A stretch of 32,000 bases of DNA from Planctopirus limnophila DSM 3776 (GTDB lineage: Bacteria; Planctomycetota; Planctomycetia; Planctomycetales; Planctomycetaceae), in assembly GCF_000092105.1 (NCBI RefSeq), contig NC_014148.1:3870001-3902000 (forward strand), in the 5' to 3' direction. Positions 8,920 to 17,204 of this stretch are shown here, piece by piece. The notes under the pieces are model-generated. The model saw nothing but the letters and a program-made list of their open reading frames with translations, did no database searches and was not told the origin of the DNA. Numbering within the stretch: the first letter of the stretch is position 1; each line of letters starts with the position of its first letter. The position numbers and the translations under genes are program-made.

Positions 8920-9999
8920 TCAGGAAACCTTGACTGGTTTTCCAAGCTCGACACTCGCCAGTTCAGCATGGCACAGCGCCAGGGCACTTCGAGCCAGATC
9001 GGCAGACAGGCCACGAGGAACTTCCCCGGTTTGCACTGCCACGACTGCCTGTTGCAACTCCGCTGTGAAGGCGGCGTACCATTCACTGCCTCCCTTCAGC
9101 TTGGGTTGTGTCGCCTTTCCTTTCGAGAGGACAGTCAGAGGTCTGTCGGCACACCACTGGCCCGCCAATGTCCCGGCAGAATAAATGAGTGTGGCTTCCT
9201 CAAAGAACAACTCGAACCCATGCGCAAAATCGAGACCAGAAGCTGCCATCCCGCCACTGACTGCCGAAACCGCCAGACCAGCATCGTCAAAGACATAGTT
9301 GGAGTGCACATGGTTCACGAAACCTTCCTGCAAAAACCCGCGCGAGAAGACCTGGCGTGGAATTCCGCAGATCAGGGAAATGAAATGATTGTCATGGATA
9401 TGCAGATCGATCCCCCAGCCGCCGAGCTTGGTGAAGTCAGACATTCCTCCTGACCACTTGGGGCTCGAAATAATACGTTTGAAACTGGCAGCGAGAAGCT
9501 TGCCATATTTCTTGGAGGCGACCGCTTCCGCAGCGAACTGAAACTCAGGGAAGAATGGCAGCACATGCGCCACCATCAGCAGTTTCCCGGCTTTCTTTGC
9601 AGCAGCAACCATACGATCTGCTGATTTCAGATCAACCGAGATCGGTTTTTCAACCAGTACGTGTTTACCCGCTTTCAGGGCGGCAATCACCATCTCTTCG
9701 TGCTGATCGTTCGGAAGGCAGATATCAATCAGGTCAATTTCGGGATCGGCAAACATTTCGTGGGGCTGGTCGTACGCACCAATTTTGCTGAGGTCCAGCT
9801 TCGGGCCACGCGGGCCAAAGTTTCCCTGAATACTCGTCCAGTCTCCGGCCAGCTTTTCTGCACTGCGTGTGCAGATCGCTGTCACGCTCCCACCTTTGAG
9901 CCTGGATCCAGCCAGCGTGCCATCCTCGCGAATCTTTGTCGCACCGGCAAAGTGAGTCCAACCCATAAAGCCAATACCAAGAATACCGATCCGAATCAT
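8920..9999 (-). CDS. Gfo/Idh/MocA-family NAD(P)-dependent oxidoreductase
   Basis: 359-aa ORF with AGGAG 9 nt upstream. It has an N-terminal Rossmann motif (IRIGILGIGFMG) and the EKP motif (VLVEKPIS) typical of the family. Confidence 0.92.
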   Translation of the reverse strand: MIRIGILGIGFMGWTHFAGATKIREDGTLAGSRLKGGSVTAICTRSAEKLAGDWTSIQGNFGPRGPKLDLSKIGAYDQPHEMFADPEIDLIDICLPNDQHEEMVIAALKAGKHVLVEKPISVDLKSADRMVAAAKKAGKLLMVAHVLPFFPEFQFAAEAVASKKYGKLLAASFKRIISSPKWSGGMSDFTKLGGWGIDLHIHDNHFISLICGIPRQVFSRGFLQEGFVNHVHSNYVFDDAGLAVSAVSGGMAASGLDFAHGFELFFEEATLIYSAGTLAGQWCADRPLTVLSKGKATQPKLKGGSEWYAAFTAELQQAVVAVQTGEVPRGLSADLARSALALCHAELASVELGKPVKVS

Positions 10000-10173
10000 T
10001 CGCTCATCTCCTGAGGTGGCACGCCGTCACGAAATTCTGATGCACCCGTTTTCAGTCGGCGCTCCAGGTTTGTCCCGGCAGCTTTCCCAATGCGGAGCCG
10101 TAAATCAAGCGGCTGAACGAAACACGTCACACCCAGCCCACGAAAACTGCCAAAATGGCATTTCTCTGCCTTT

Positions 10174-10206
10174 TGCACAAAAAACAGGCAGCCCATTTTT
10201 TGTGCA
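10174..10206. promoter_or_regulatory. 11-bp perfect A/T-rich inverted repeat TGCACAAAAAA-N11-TTTTTTGTGCA in the divergent promoter region. Function unknown.
   Basis: Read directly: arms at 10174-10184 and 10196-10206, loop CAGGCAGCCCA. It lies between the divergently transcribed oxidoreductase and csrA genes. Confidence 0.45.
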
Positions 10207-10386
10207 TAGTCCTGCCACATTGCCCCCGATCACTAAGAGTGGCGAATTTGGCCGATTTTGCACTGGATTCTGAGTGCCCAGTGTTGATATCTTCTTGACG
10301 ACGCCATCGGAATGATTGCAGGTTTCGGGGGAAAGCCTCAGCCGCAATTGGGGCGGCATCGATTGCCAGATCGCTGGTATTGATTC

Positions 10387-10395
10387 ACAGGGATG
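10387..10395 (+). promoter_or_regulatory. Candidate CsrA-binding site (ACAGGGAUG) in the csrA 5' leader
   Basis: Exact match to the ACARGGAUG core of the E. coli SELEX consensus RUACARGGAUGU. It sits 29-37 nt upstream of the csrA ATG, in the loop of a weak hairpin (GATTC / GAA(T)TC). Confidence 0.35.
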
Positions 10396-10423
10396 CGAAT
10401 TCGGTCCATGAAGGGGGTGGGTT

Positions 10424-10624
10424 ATGTTGGTGTTGTCACGAAAGCCAGGCGAGAAAATCCTGATCGGCGAGAATGTCACTGTGACAATCGTCCGCATTGG
10501 GCCAAACACAGTCCGCCTGGGGATTGAGGCACCGCGGGATATGAACATTGTGCGAGAAGAACTCTGCACAGGTGAAGACTCCGCTCCGACCACTACACAC
10601 ACAATTGATGTCCATCACGCTTAA
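10424..10624 (+). CDS. csrA: Carbon storage regulator CsrA (RNA-binding translational regulator)
   Basis: The 66-aa ORF (MLVLSRKPGEKILIGENVTVTIVRIGPNTVRLGIEAPRDMNIVREEL...) aligns along its length with E. coli CsrA ([47 protein letters not shown]). A purine-rich SD (AAGGGGGTGG) lies upstream. Confidence 0.93.
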   Translation: MLVLSRKPGEKILIGENVTVTIVRIGPNTVRLGIEAPRDMNIVREELCTGEDSAPTTTHTIDVHHA

Positions 10625-10923
10625 TGCCCGTGATATCCATCTCTGTGCTGATGTGGTCACTTTTCGTCAGCACACATCTGCTGATGAAGCGATATCCTTT
10701 TGACTGGTTCTGATCACTCAGCAACCCGCGTGTTTTCTAGCGAGTGATCTTTGGGTCGATGCCAAGCCTTGCCGATGATTTTTGCATAACCTTCACCCGA
10801 GAATTGGCCACAGCCGTCTCGGGTTTTTTCGTAAGCCGCTTTCGGTAAAAGTGCATTCTTGGCAAACGTAACGCTTGCTGATTGACCTGACGATGAAATC
10901 AAACCTGGCGGGAGGATTCTGGG

Positions 10924-11610
10924 ATGCCAGAGACATTGTCCAATCCTCTGCCTCTTCCCTCTGAACAGCCGGGTGAGCCGAAGCCTCTTCGAGATCACCA
11001 GCGGCCAGCAGCGGATTCGATTCTCGACGTCGCGGGGATTGCCGGCCATTGCCCAGCCTGCGGCCAAAAGGCACTCCTGGTATCAGCCGTTTGTACCAGT
11101 TGCGAAGAACCACTGGTCGTTGCCAAAGGGTCAGACGGCCAATCAATCCTTCGCCTGCAAAGAGATGCTCACCGCGAAAAAATTCTGCGGCTGGAAGACC
11201 AGCTTTCGATCTACTGGATAATGCTCGGAAGTTTTCAATTTATCGTGATGCTTTCCATCAGCCCGGTCATCATCCGGAATTTCCGCATCACTGTTACGCC
11301 ACTCATTCAGCAATCGTGGATGAGTCTGCACACAGCCAGCATGATGCTGAGTCTCATCGTCACTGGACTGATCCTCTTTGTCTGTGGTATGGCTATGAAG
11401 TTTGGTTTTCGACAGATTGCGTGGCTGGGAGTCCTCGCGAATTTTTGGGCATTTGTCGTCACTCTTGCTTCACCGATGTTCATCGGCGCGCTGGTTTACG
11501 CGATCCTTCTTTTGCCAGCCTGCCGACTGATGTGGCTGTGGTACAAGTCTCCCGGCATGACCGTCTTCAATGGTCAGTGTGCCCCAACGGCGGCTGATCG
11601 GCTTTCCTAG
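10924..11610 (+). CDS. Hypothetical membrane protein with an N-terminal zinc-ribbon-like CxxC...CxxC motif
   Basis: 228-aa ORF with an ATG start. It has CPACGQ...CTSCEE followed by about 4 predicted TM helices. I recognise no family. Confidence 0.6.
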   Translation: MPETLSNPLPLPSEQPGEPKPLRDHQRPAADSILDVAGIAGHCPACGQKALLVSAVCTSCEEPLVVAKGSDGQSILRLQRDAHREKILRLEDQLSIYWIMLGSFQFIVMLSISPVIIRNFRITVTPLIQQSWMSLHTASMMLSLIVTGLILFVCGMAMKFGFRQIAWLGVLANFWAFVVTLASPMFIGALVYAILLLPACRLMWLWYKSPGMTVFNGQCAPTAADRLS

Positions 11611-11611
11611 C

Positions 11612-14260
11612 TCACTTCCGGCGGGAGGTAGCGGCTTTCTCCAGCGGAATCTGCATTTTGCGAATGCGATCTTCGAGCTTTTCACTGGTTAATCGCTCGC
11701 GCAAACGGTCCACCATCAGTGGAAATGCCAGTGGAGTAAATCGCGGAAGTTCCACAAGCTGAATGGTGGCTCCCTGCAATCGAACTAATGTTTCCCGCAG
11801 TCGATTCGATTCCAGTTGCTGTTCGAGGACTTCTTGCCGAGCCTGCCTGAGCAGCAGATTGTCGGGATCATATTCGGTAAAGACATCGTGCAGTAAACCA
11901 GCCGATGCCTGCAGCTGCCTGGTCGATTTGGTCGCACCGGGAAAGCCCTGAGAAATCAACCCACTAATTCTGGCGACTTCTCGAAATTGCCGCCTGGCCA
12001 TTTCGACGGCATTCAGACTCTGTTCAATATCTCCCTCGAGTTGATCTTCCGAGAACAATCCCTCCTGGATCGCCCTACCAACATCAATGGCCTCTGTCGC
12101 CAGGAGTTCAAAGCCATAATCATTTATCGCCATCGTGAATGTGACGGGCAGTCGTTGAGCCAGTCGATAGGCGAACAGACTGGCCAGACCTTCGTGCACC
12201 AACCGCCCTTCGAACGGATAGAAGTAATAGTGGTAGCCTTCACGCGACTTGAGTGTCTCGATCAGCAGTTCGCCCATAGCCGGTATGAGTGACCAGTCAG
12301 CCTGCACTTCAAGAATTGGCCGCACAGCTTCCATTTCAGGGCCAAGAAACAGACCTCGACGTGCTTCGTCCAGTTTGTTACGCACAGCTTTGGAAAGTTC
12401 TGTCGAAAGGGGCATGCGGCCACCCATCCAGCGGGGTACTGGCCCGAGTTTGCCAGTCGCGGGTTTGACATAAGCCTTCATATCGTAGACACGAATTAAT
12501 TCGAGCAGCTTACCCGAGAAGATAAAGCGATCTCCGGGCTTCATTTTGGAAACAAAAGATTCCTCGATCGTGCCTAATCGTGCACCACTGCGATACACCA
12601 CGGAAAGACTGGCATCTCCCACAATTGTGCCAATCGCCATGCGGTGCTGACGGGCCACTTTCTGGCTGGTCACGCGATACTCGCCATCGACGACATTGAC
12701 CCGTTGATAGTCAGGATAAGCCCTGAGTGCCTCACCACCACGATGGATAAAGTCGAGAACCCATTCCCATTCGTCTGCTTGCAGATCATGGTAGGCCGAC
12801 GACTGTCTGACTTCCTGCAATAGATTCTCAGCACGAAAGCCCGTTCCCAGAGCAACCGTCACAGCATGTTGAACAAGCACGTCGAGTGGCTTTGAACGAT
12901 GGATCCTCGCCTCCAGATGGCCCTTTTCGAGCGATTCGCGAGCAGCGGCAAACTCCACGAGCTCCAGAGCATGAGTGGGGACACACACCACCCGGCTCAA
13001 TGCCCCCGGTTGATGCCCTGCCCGCCCAGCTCGTTGCAGCAGACGGGCCACACCTTTGGGGCTCCCCACCTGCAGCACCTGATCAACAGGTGAAAAATCG
13101 ACTCCCAGATCGAGCGATGAAGTGCAGACCACAGCCTTTAACTTTCCCTCACGCAACCCCTGCTCGACCCAGCGGCGAACATCCTGATCGAGTGAACCGT
13201 GATGCAGTGCCAGTTCGCCCGCCCAGTCGGGCCGAGCCTTCAGAATCGCCTGATACCAAAGTTCTGTCTGGGCTCGAGTATTGGTGAAGACCAGCGTCGA
13301 ACGAGCCGCTTCGATCCTTTCGATGACCTGTGGCAACAGACGAACCCCCAGATGGCCAGCCCAGGGGAATCGTTCCATCACAGGTGGGATCATGGAATCA
13401 ATGGCGTACGATTTACTCGTGGCGCCATGCACAATCTTTCCCACATAAGCCTGCGAAGCGGTGGTCTGAAACGCAGCCATTCGCTGACCAGTCGGCCTCC
13501 CCAGCAAGACATCACAGGCATGCTCAAGATTCCCGAGCGTGGCCGATAATCCCCACACCTGCAACTGAGGTTGCCAGCTTCTCAGTCGAGCCAGGCAGAG
13601 TTCAGCCTGCGTGCCTCGTTTTCCGCCCAGCAGCTCGTGCCATTCGTCGAAGACCACACATTCCAGGTTCGCCAATTGCTCCTGAGCATCTGCACGAGCG
13701 AGCAGAAGTGAGAGGCTTTCGGGCGTGGTAATCAGAGCTGTGGGTAATCGTTCGCGCTGATGACGTCTCGTTGTGGCTGATGTATCACCGGTCCGGCGTT
13801 CCACCAGCCACGGGAGGTTCAGATCCTGAACAGCTGCCTGCAATGCATTTTCGGTATCGGCTGCCAGAGCACGCAGTGGCGTAATCCATAAAACCTTAAG
13901 GCCCGGTGCTTTCTGTGAAGGTTTTTTGCCCGCATCGACGAGTTTTTGCTCTTCGTGAAGCGCACGTAAAAGTGGGCCTCCCCACGCGGCATAGGTTTTT
14001 CCAGTCCCTGTGGTGGCATGAACTAAACCACTCTCACCCGCCAGATAGTTTTGCCAGACTTCTTCTTGAAAAGGAAATGGCTGCCAGCCCCGGGAAGTGA
14101 ACCAGTCTCTCATCGGCTGCAGAAGATCGGCTCCGTGGGCAGATTTTGAATCGAAACTGCTGGCCAGATGCTCCGCCGTTGAAGCTGACTTTCGCGAGAT
14201 TCCGGGCCGCGGCGGCTTCATGGGCAACGACCTTTCAGAAGTCTCAACAGGGCGAGTCAT
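11612..14260 (-). CDS. lhr: Lhr-core / ligase-associated-type DExH-box helicase
   Basis: Long ORF whose envelope reaches 14275 (TTG). It has motif I (ATTGTGKTYAAW) and motif II (VVFDEWHELL), SF2 helicase C-terminal motifs, and a long Lhr-type C-terminal (DEAD-associated) region. The start is uncertain, with ATGs at 14260, 14221 and 14113. Confidence 0.9.
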   Translation of the reverse strand: MTRPVETSERSLPMKPPRPGISRKSASTAEHLASSFDSKSAHGADLLQPMRDWFTSRGWQPFPFQEEVWQNYLAGESGLVHATTGTGKTYAAWGGPLLRALHEEQKLVDAGKKPSQKAPGLKVLWITPLRALAADTENALQAAVQDLNLPWLVERRTGDTSATTRRHQRERLPTALITTPESLSLLLARADAQEQLANLECVVFDEWHELLGGKRGTQAELCLARLRSWQPQLQVWGLSATLGNLEHACDVLLGRPTGQRMAAFQTTASQAYVGKIVHGATSKSYAIDSMIPPVMERFPWAGHLGVRLLPQVIERIEAARSTLVFTNTRAQTELWYQAILKARPDWAGELALHHGSLDQDVRRWVEQGLREGKLKAVVCTSSLDLGVDFSPVDQVLQVGSPKGVARLLQRAGRAGHQPGALSRVVCVPTHALELVEFAAARESLEKGHLEARIHRSKPLDVLVQHAVTVALGTGFRAENLLQEVRQSSAYHDLQADEWEWVLDFIHRGGEALRAYPDYQRVNVVDGEYRVTSQKVARQHRMAIGTIVGDASLSVVYRSGARLGTIEESFVSKMKPGDRFIFSGKLLELIRVYDMKAYVKPATGKLGPVPRWMGGRMPLSTELSKAVRNKLDEARRGLFLGPEMEAVRPILEVQADWSLIPAMGELLIETLKSREGYHYYFYPFEGRLVHEGLASLFAYRLAQRLPVTFTMAINDYGFELLATEAIDVGRAIQEGLFSEDQLEGDIEQSLNAVEMARRQFREVARISGLISQGFPGATKSTRQLQASAGLLHDVFTEYDPDNLLLRQARQEVLEQQLESNRLRETLVRLQGATIQLVELPRFTPLAFPLMVDRLRERLTSEKLEDRIRKMQIPLEKAATSRRK

Positions 14261-14303
14261 TTGAATCAGAAACAAGGTTCACAAGGCTGCCTGGCACGAA
14301 ATC

Positions 14304-14331
14304 ATCGATTGCTCCGTGGCGAGCAATCGAT
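14304..14331. promoter_or_regulatory. 10-bp perfect inverted repeat ATCGATTGCT-N8-AGCAATCGAT upstream of the helicase gene. Candidate operator.
   Basis: Read directly. It lies 44-190 bp upstream of the candidate helicase starts, in the divergent gap shared with the vWA gene. Confidence 0.4.
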
Positions 14332-14608
14332 AAGAGATCGTAGTCACATGCATCCTGTTGGAAAGGGAGACAAGTTCGACAAGGCGTTGAGTTTCTGACG
14401 CTGAGACCACAAATCACCTTGCGGGATTTTGAAACATCGATCAACCTTATGAAAGTCGTGGACATAACTTGTTGAAAACAGACAACTTGAGCCCACAATT
14501 CGCAGTCTGTCACCGTATCATTTCAAGTGCATCGTTTTTCGAAGTAGATGTCTTTTTCCCGACCCACGGATGGTAAAGCCAGCGGTTTGCATTGAGGGAG
14601 ATTGAAAC

Positions 14609-15706
14609 ATGACGACCCCTCAAAGAGCTGTGACCGAACCAGTAATTCAGGTCTCACAGGGAGCAGCCAGACAAAGTGCGCTGGTAGGCTGGCTCCTTTC
14701 CGGCTGTCTCCATCTGATCGCTATCGTCCTGCTCCTCTTTGTCATTCAAGGACAAAGTGTTGAACGCGTTGGTTTCGGCAATGGTGCTGAAGGTCCACCC
14801 GGTCTCGTAATGGTGGATGCCAGTGATGGTGGGTTGACGCAAGAAGCCGCACCATCAGAAATTGGAAATGGGAATCGGCCATTACGAACGGCAGCAGGGA
14901 GCAGCGGGACTGGTCGCGAAGTTCAATCGACAGAACTCCCGGCTGATGTACCACCAGTTCCACTCTCCTTGCCGAAAGCTGGTGCAGCAGGACTGGGTTC
15001 TGCCCGCGGCAACCTCGCCTCAGAGTTCTCTCCCACGGCGGGAACTGGCAATAGTGGAACCGGCCTGACAGGGACAGGAACCAGTGGTGATCTGCGGGAT
15101 CTGATCGAAGGGACAGGAACACGAAAACCGGGAACTGGCCTCGGTGCTGCCACACCTGGCACCAGCTTCATGGGGATCAAAGATCAGGGAAGCCGGGTCG
15201 TGTTTGTGATCGATTGCTCGGGAAGCATGACCAACTACAACGCGATGCGAGTCGCGAAGACGGCACTGGTCAGCAGCTTGCAGGCACTTGATACCGGGCA
15301 GCAGTTCCAGATCATTTTTTACAACGACAGCCCGACGTTTTTGAAAGGGACCAGCCGCGACGGAAAGGCCAGCTTGTGGTTTGCAACCGAGATCAACAAA
15401 ACTCTGGCAACACAGCAAATCAGTGCGGTTCAGCCCGACCGGGGAACACAACATCTGCCGGCACTGAAGCTCGCTCTCAAGTTTTCTCCTGAGGTGATCT
15501 ATTTCCTCACAGATGCGGATGAACCCGAGTTAACATCGATTGAGCGGAAAGAACTGATTCGGTTGAATCAAGGTCGCAGCCGCATTCATACGATTGAGTT
15601 CGGTCAAGGGCCGGAGTTGAAGACGGAGAACTTCCTCAAGAAAGTCGCTCGCGAGAACGGAGGAAGCTATCGATATGAAGATGTCACCCGCTTCACTTCC
15701 CGATAA
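14609..15706 (+). CDS. Membrane-anchored von Willebrand factor A (vWA/MIDAS) domain protein
   Basis: 365-aa ORF with GAGGGAG upstream. It has an N-terminal TM helix (LIAIVLLLFVI), a G/T/S-rich linker (GTGNSGTGLTGTGTSG), and a C-terminal vWA domain with a DxSxS MIDAS motif (VIDCSGSMT). Confidence 0.85.
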   Translation: MTTPQRAVTEPVIQVSQGAARQSALVGWLLSGCLHLIAIVLLLFVIQGQSVERVGFGNGAEGPPGLVMVDASDGGLTQEAAPSEIGNGNRPLRTAAGSSGTGREVQSTELPADVPPVPLSLPKAGAAGLGSARGNLASEFSPTAGTGNSGTGLTGTGTSGDLRDLIEGTGTRKPGTGLGAATPGTSFMGIKDQGSRVVFVIDCSGSMTNYNAMRVAKTALVSSLQALDTGQQFQIIFYNDSPTFLKGTSRDGKASLWFATEINKTLATQQISAVQPDRGTQHLPALKLALKFSPEVIYFLTDADEPELTSIERKELIRLNQGRSRIHTIEFGQGPELKTENFLKKVARENGGSYRYEDVTRFTSR

Positions 15707-16784
15707 TCGCATCGCTGACTGGCAAGAAGCTCGAGGCGTAAACTTCGACGTCTCCTCTTGGATAATCAGATCCTTTCTGATCATCTGGCTGATAGCGGCA
15801 GGAACAGTCCTTCTGGGAAATAGTCAAGCTGAGGCCATCGATCGGGTCGTCCTGCAGCAGCCTGCAGGTGGCGGACAGATTGCGATTACCGGCACAATTC
15901 TCGACTACACCGGCGAATCGATCACCATTCGGCCCCGACAAGGCGGGACGATTGCCAGGCATGTCTCCAGCGATGTCATCGAAGTGACCACGGAGTATCT
16001 GCCAGAGCATCAACTCGCCATTGATCTGATGTCCCGCGGCGATTGGAAAGCTGCTCGGGCCCAGTTGACCGCCACGGTTGAAAAGGAAGACCGTCTGTGG
16101 GTTCGCCGGATCATCCTCTCGCAACTGGTCCGTTGTGCCGCTGCCCTCGATGAGCCTTTGGCTGCGGGACGATATTTTGCAGCTCTGGTGCAAAGCGATC
16201 CACAGACCATTCATGCTCACGTCGCACCGCTCGACTGGACAGATCAGATTCCCGATGAACCGTTGTTGTTACAAGCCCAGCAGTGGTTGAAAAGTTCGCA
16301 TCGATTGACGCGACTGCTGGGAGCCAGTCATCTGATACGAGATAACAGTCTCGGCCCGCAGGCTGTGGCTGAACTGCAGATCATCCTGAGATCCGACGAA
16401 ATCGCGGCTCGCACTTTGGCTCAAGGGCAACTTTGGAAGCACCGCTTGAATGCACTGGAATTGACCAGCACCGAGGTCGCTCGCTGGGAAGAAACGATCC
16501 GGTCATGGCCTGATCGATTGCAACCCGGAGCCTGGACTGTCATTGCCCGAGGGCACGAACATTTTGGTCAGTGGCCACAGGCAGCAGCCGCCTGGATCCG
16601 ACTGCCGGTGGCTTTTCCAGATGTCGATGCCTTGGCAGCTTATGCAGGTCTGCGCGGTGCCATCGCTTTCCAGGAAGCAGGACAGCTCGCCGCTGCCAGA
16701 ACCATGGGCGAAGAAATCAGCCAGCGGTTCGCCTCGACCCGACACGGGAAAGACGCCACCAACTGGCTGAAAACTCTAAAATAG
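15675..16784 (+). CDS. Hypothetical protein with a signal anchor, a small beta-rich N-domain and an alpha-helical repeat (TPR-like) region
   Basis: 369-aa ORF whose ATG overlaps the end of the vWA gene by 32 nt. It has a hydrophobic N-terminal segment (FLIIWLIAAGTVLLG) and an Ala/Leu-rich helical C-terminal two thirds. The TPR-like call is impression only. Confidence 0.6.
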   Translation: MKMSPASLPDNRIADWQEARGVNFDVSSWIIRSFLIIWLIAAGTVLLGNSQAEAIDRVVLQQPAGGGQIAITGTILDYTGESITIRPRQGGTIARHVSSDVIEVTTEYLPEHQLAIDLMSRGDWKAARAQLTATVEKEDRLWVRRIILSQLVRCAAALDEPLAAGRYFAALVQSDPQTIHAHVAPLDWTDQIPDEPLLLQAQQWLKSSHRLTRLLGASHLIRDNSLGPQAVAELQIILRSDEIAARTLAQGQLWKHRLNALELTSTEVARWEETIRSWPDRLQPGAWTVIARGHEHFGQWPQAAAAWIRLPVAFPDVDALAAYAGLRGAIAFQEAGQLAAARTMGEEISQRFASTRHGKDATNWLKTLK

Positions 16785-16859
16785 TTGGCCCAGTTCAACC
16801 TTTGAACGACTAAAGATCTATGGATCTTAAGGGCCATCAATGGAACTGGGTGATGTGAC

Positions 16860-17204
16860 CTAAGAAACTGTCGCAGTGACGGTCGTGCTCAACCAGCGCT
16901 CCTGATCCACAATGATCAGCTCCGCAGGGTTCGATGGCGAAGGTGCCAGTTCGACACCGGCGCCTTCGAGGAGACCGGCCTGCTCAGATTCGGCAGGAAC
17001 ATTTCCTTCATTACCAACAATGCGATACCACTGCAGGTGTGGCCAGTCACGACGGACGGCATTCAAAGCAGTCAGCAAAGCCTTGCTGCCAGCACCGGGT
17101 TTGAAGCCACACTTGGCTGCCGCATCATTATGAGTGGCGAGCTTATCGGCACGCTTCAAAGAAAAGATCACTTCCGCGAGTGCATCGGCACGGGTCGAGG
17201 CCAT
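16860..17204 (-). CDS. Small protein with weak resemblance to the MGMT/ATL DNA-binding domain (possible alkyltransferase-like protein lacking the active-site Cys)
   Basis: The ORF envelope reaches 17258 (TTG). The ATG at 17204 has GGAG 8 nt upstream. The pattern ...CGFKPGAGSKALLTALNAV(7)LQWYRIVGNEGNV...LLEGAGVEL resembles G.P..aRAVG.A...N....iP(C/W)HRVV...G...LL..EGv. Confidence 0.45.
   Translation of the reverse strand: MASTRADALAEVIFSLKRADKLATHNDAAAKCGFKPGAGSKALLTALNAVRRDWPHLQWYRIVGNEGNVPAESEQAGLLEGAGVELAPSPSNPAELIIVDQERWLSTTVTATVS

Noticed and set aside
10714-11067. 117-aa minus-strand ORF between csrA and the zinc-ribbon membrane gene.
   Set aside because: Its 5' half overlaps the plus-strand CDS at 10924-11610. 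The free 3' part (about 10714-10900, possible TTG start) is faintly protein-like (…GEGYAKIIGKAWHRPKDH…), but I recognise no family and see no convincing RBS.
14292-14313. TGGCAC...TTGCT resembling a sigma-54 -24/-12 promoter. A weaker look-alike, TGGAACTGCCATTTCA, lies at 665-680 upstream of prkA.
   Set aside because: At 14292 the GG-to-GC spacing is 17 nt rather than the required ~10. At 665 the critical -12 GC is TC. Neither fits the consensus.
15040-15140. Short DNA repeats (GGGACAGGAAC x2, GGAACTGGC x2) inside the vWA gene.
   Set aside because: They are explained by the Gly-Thr-Gly low-complexity linker of the protein. This is not an independent DNA element.
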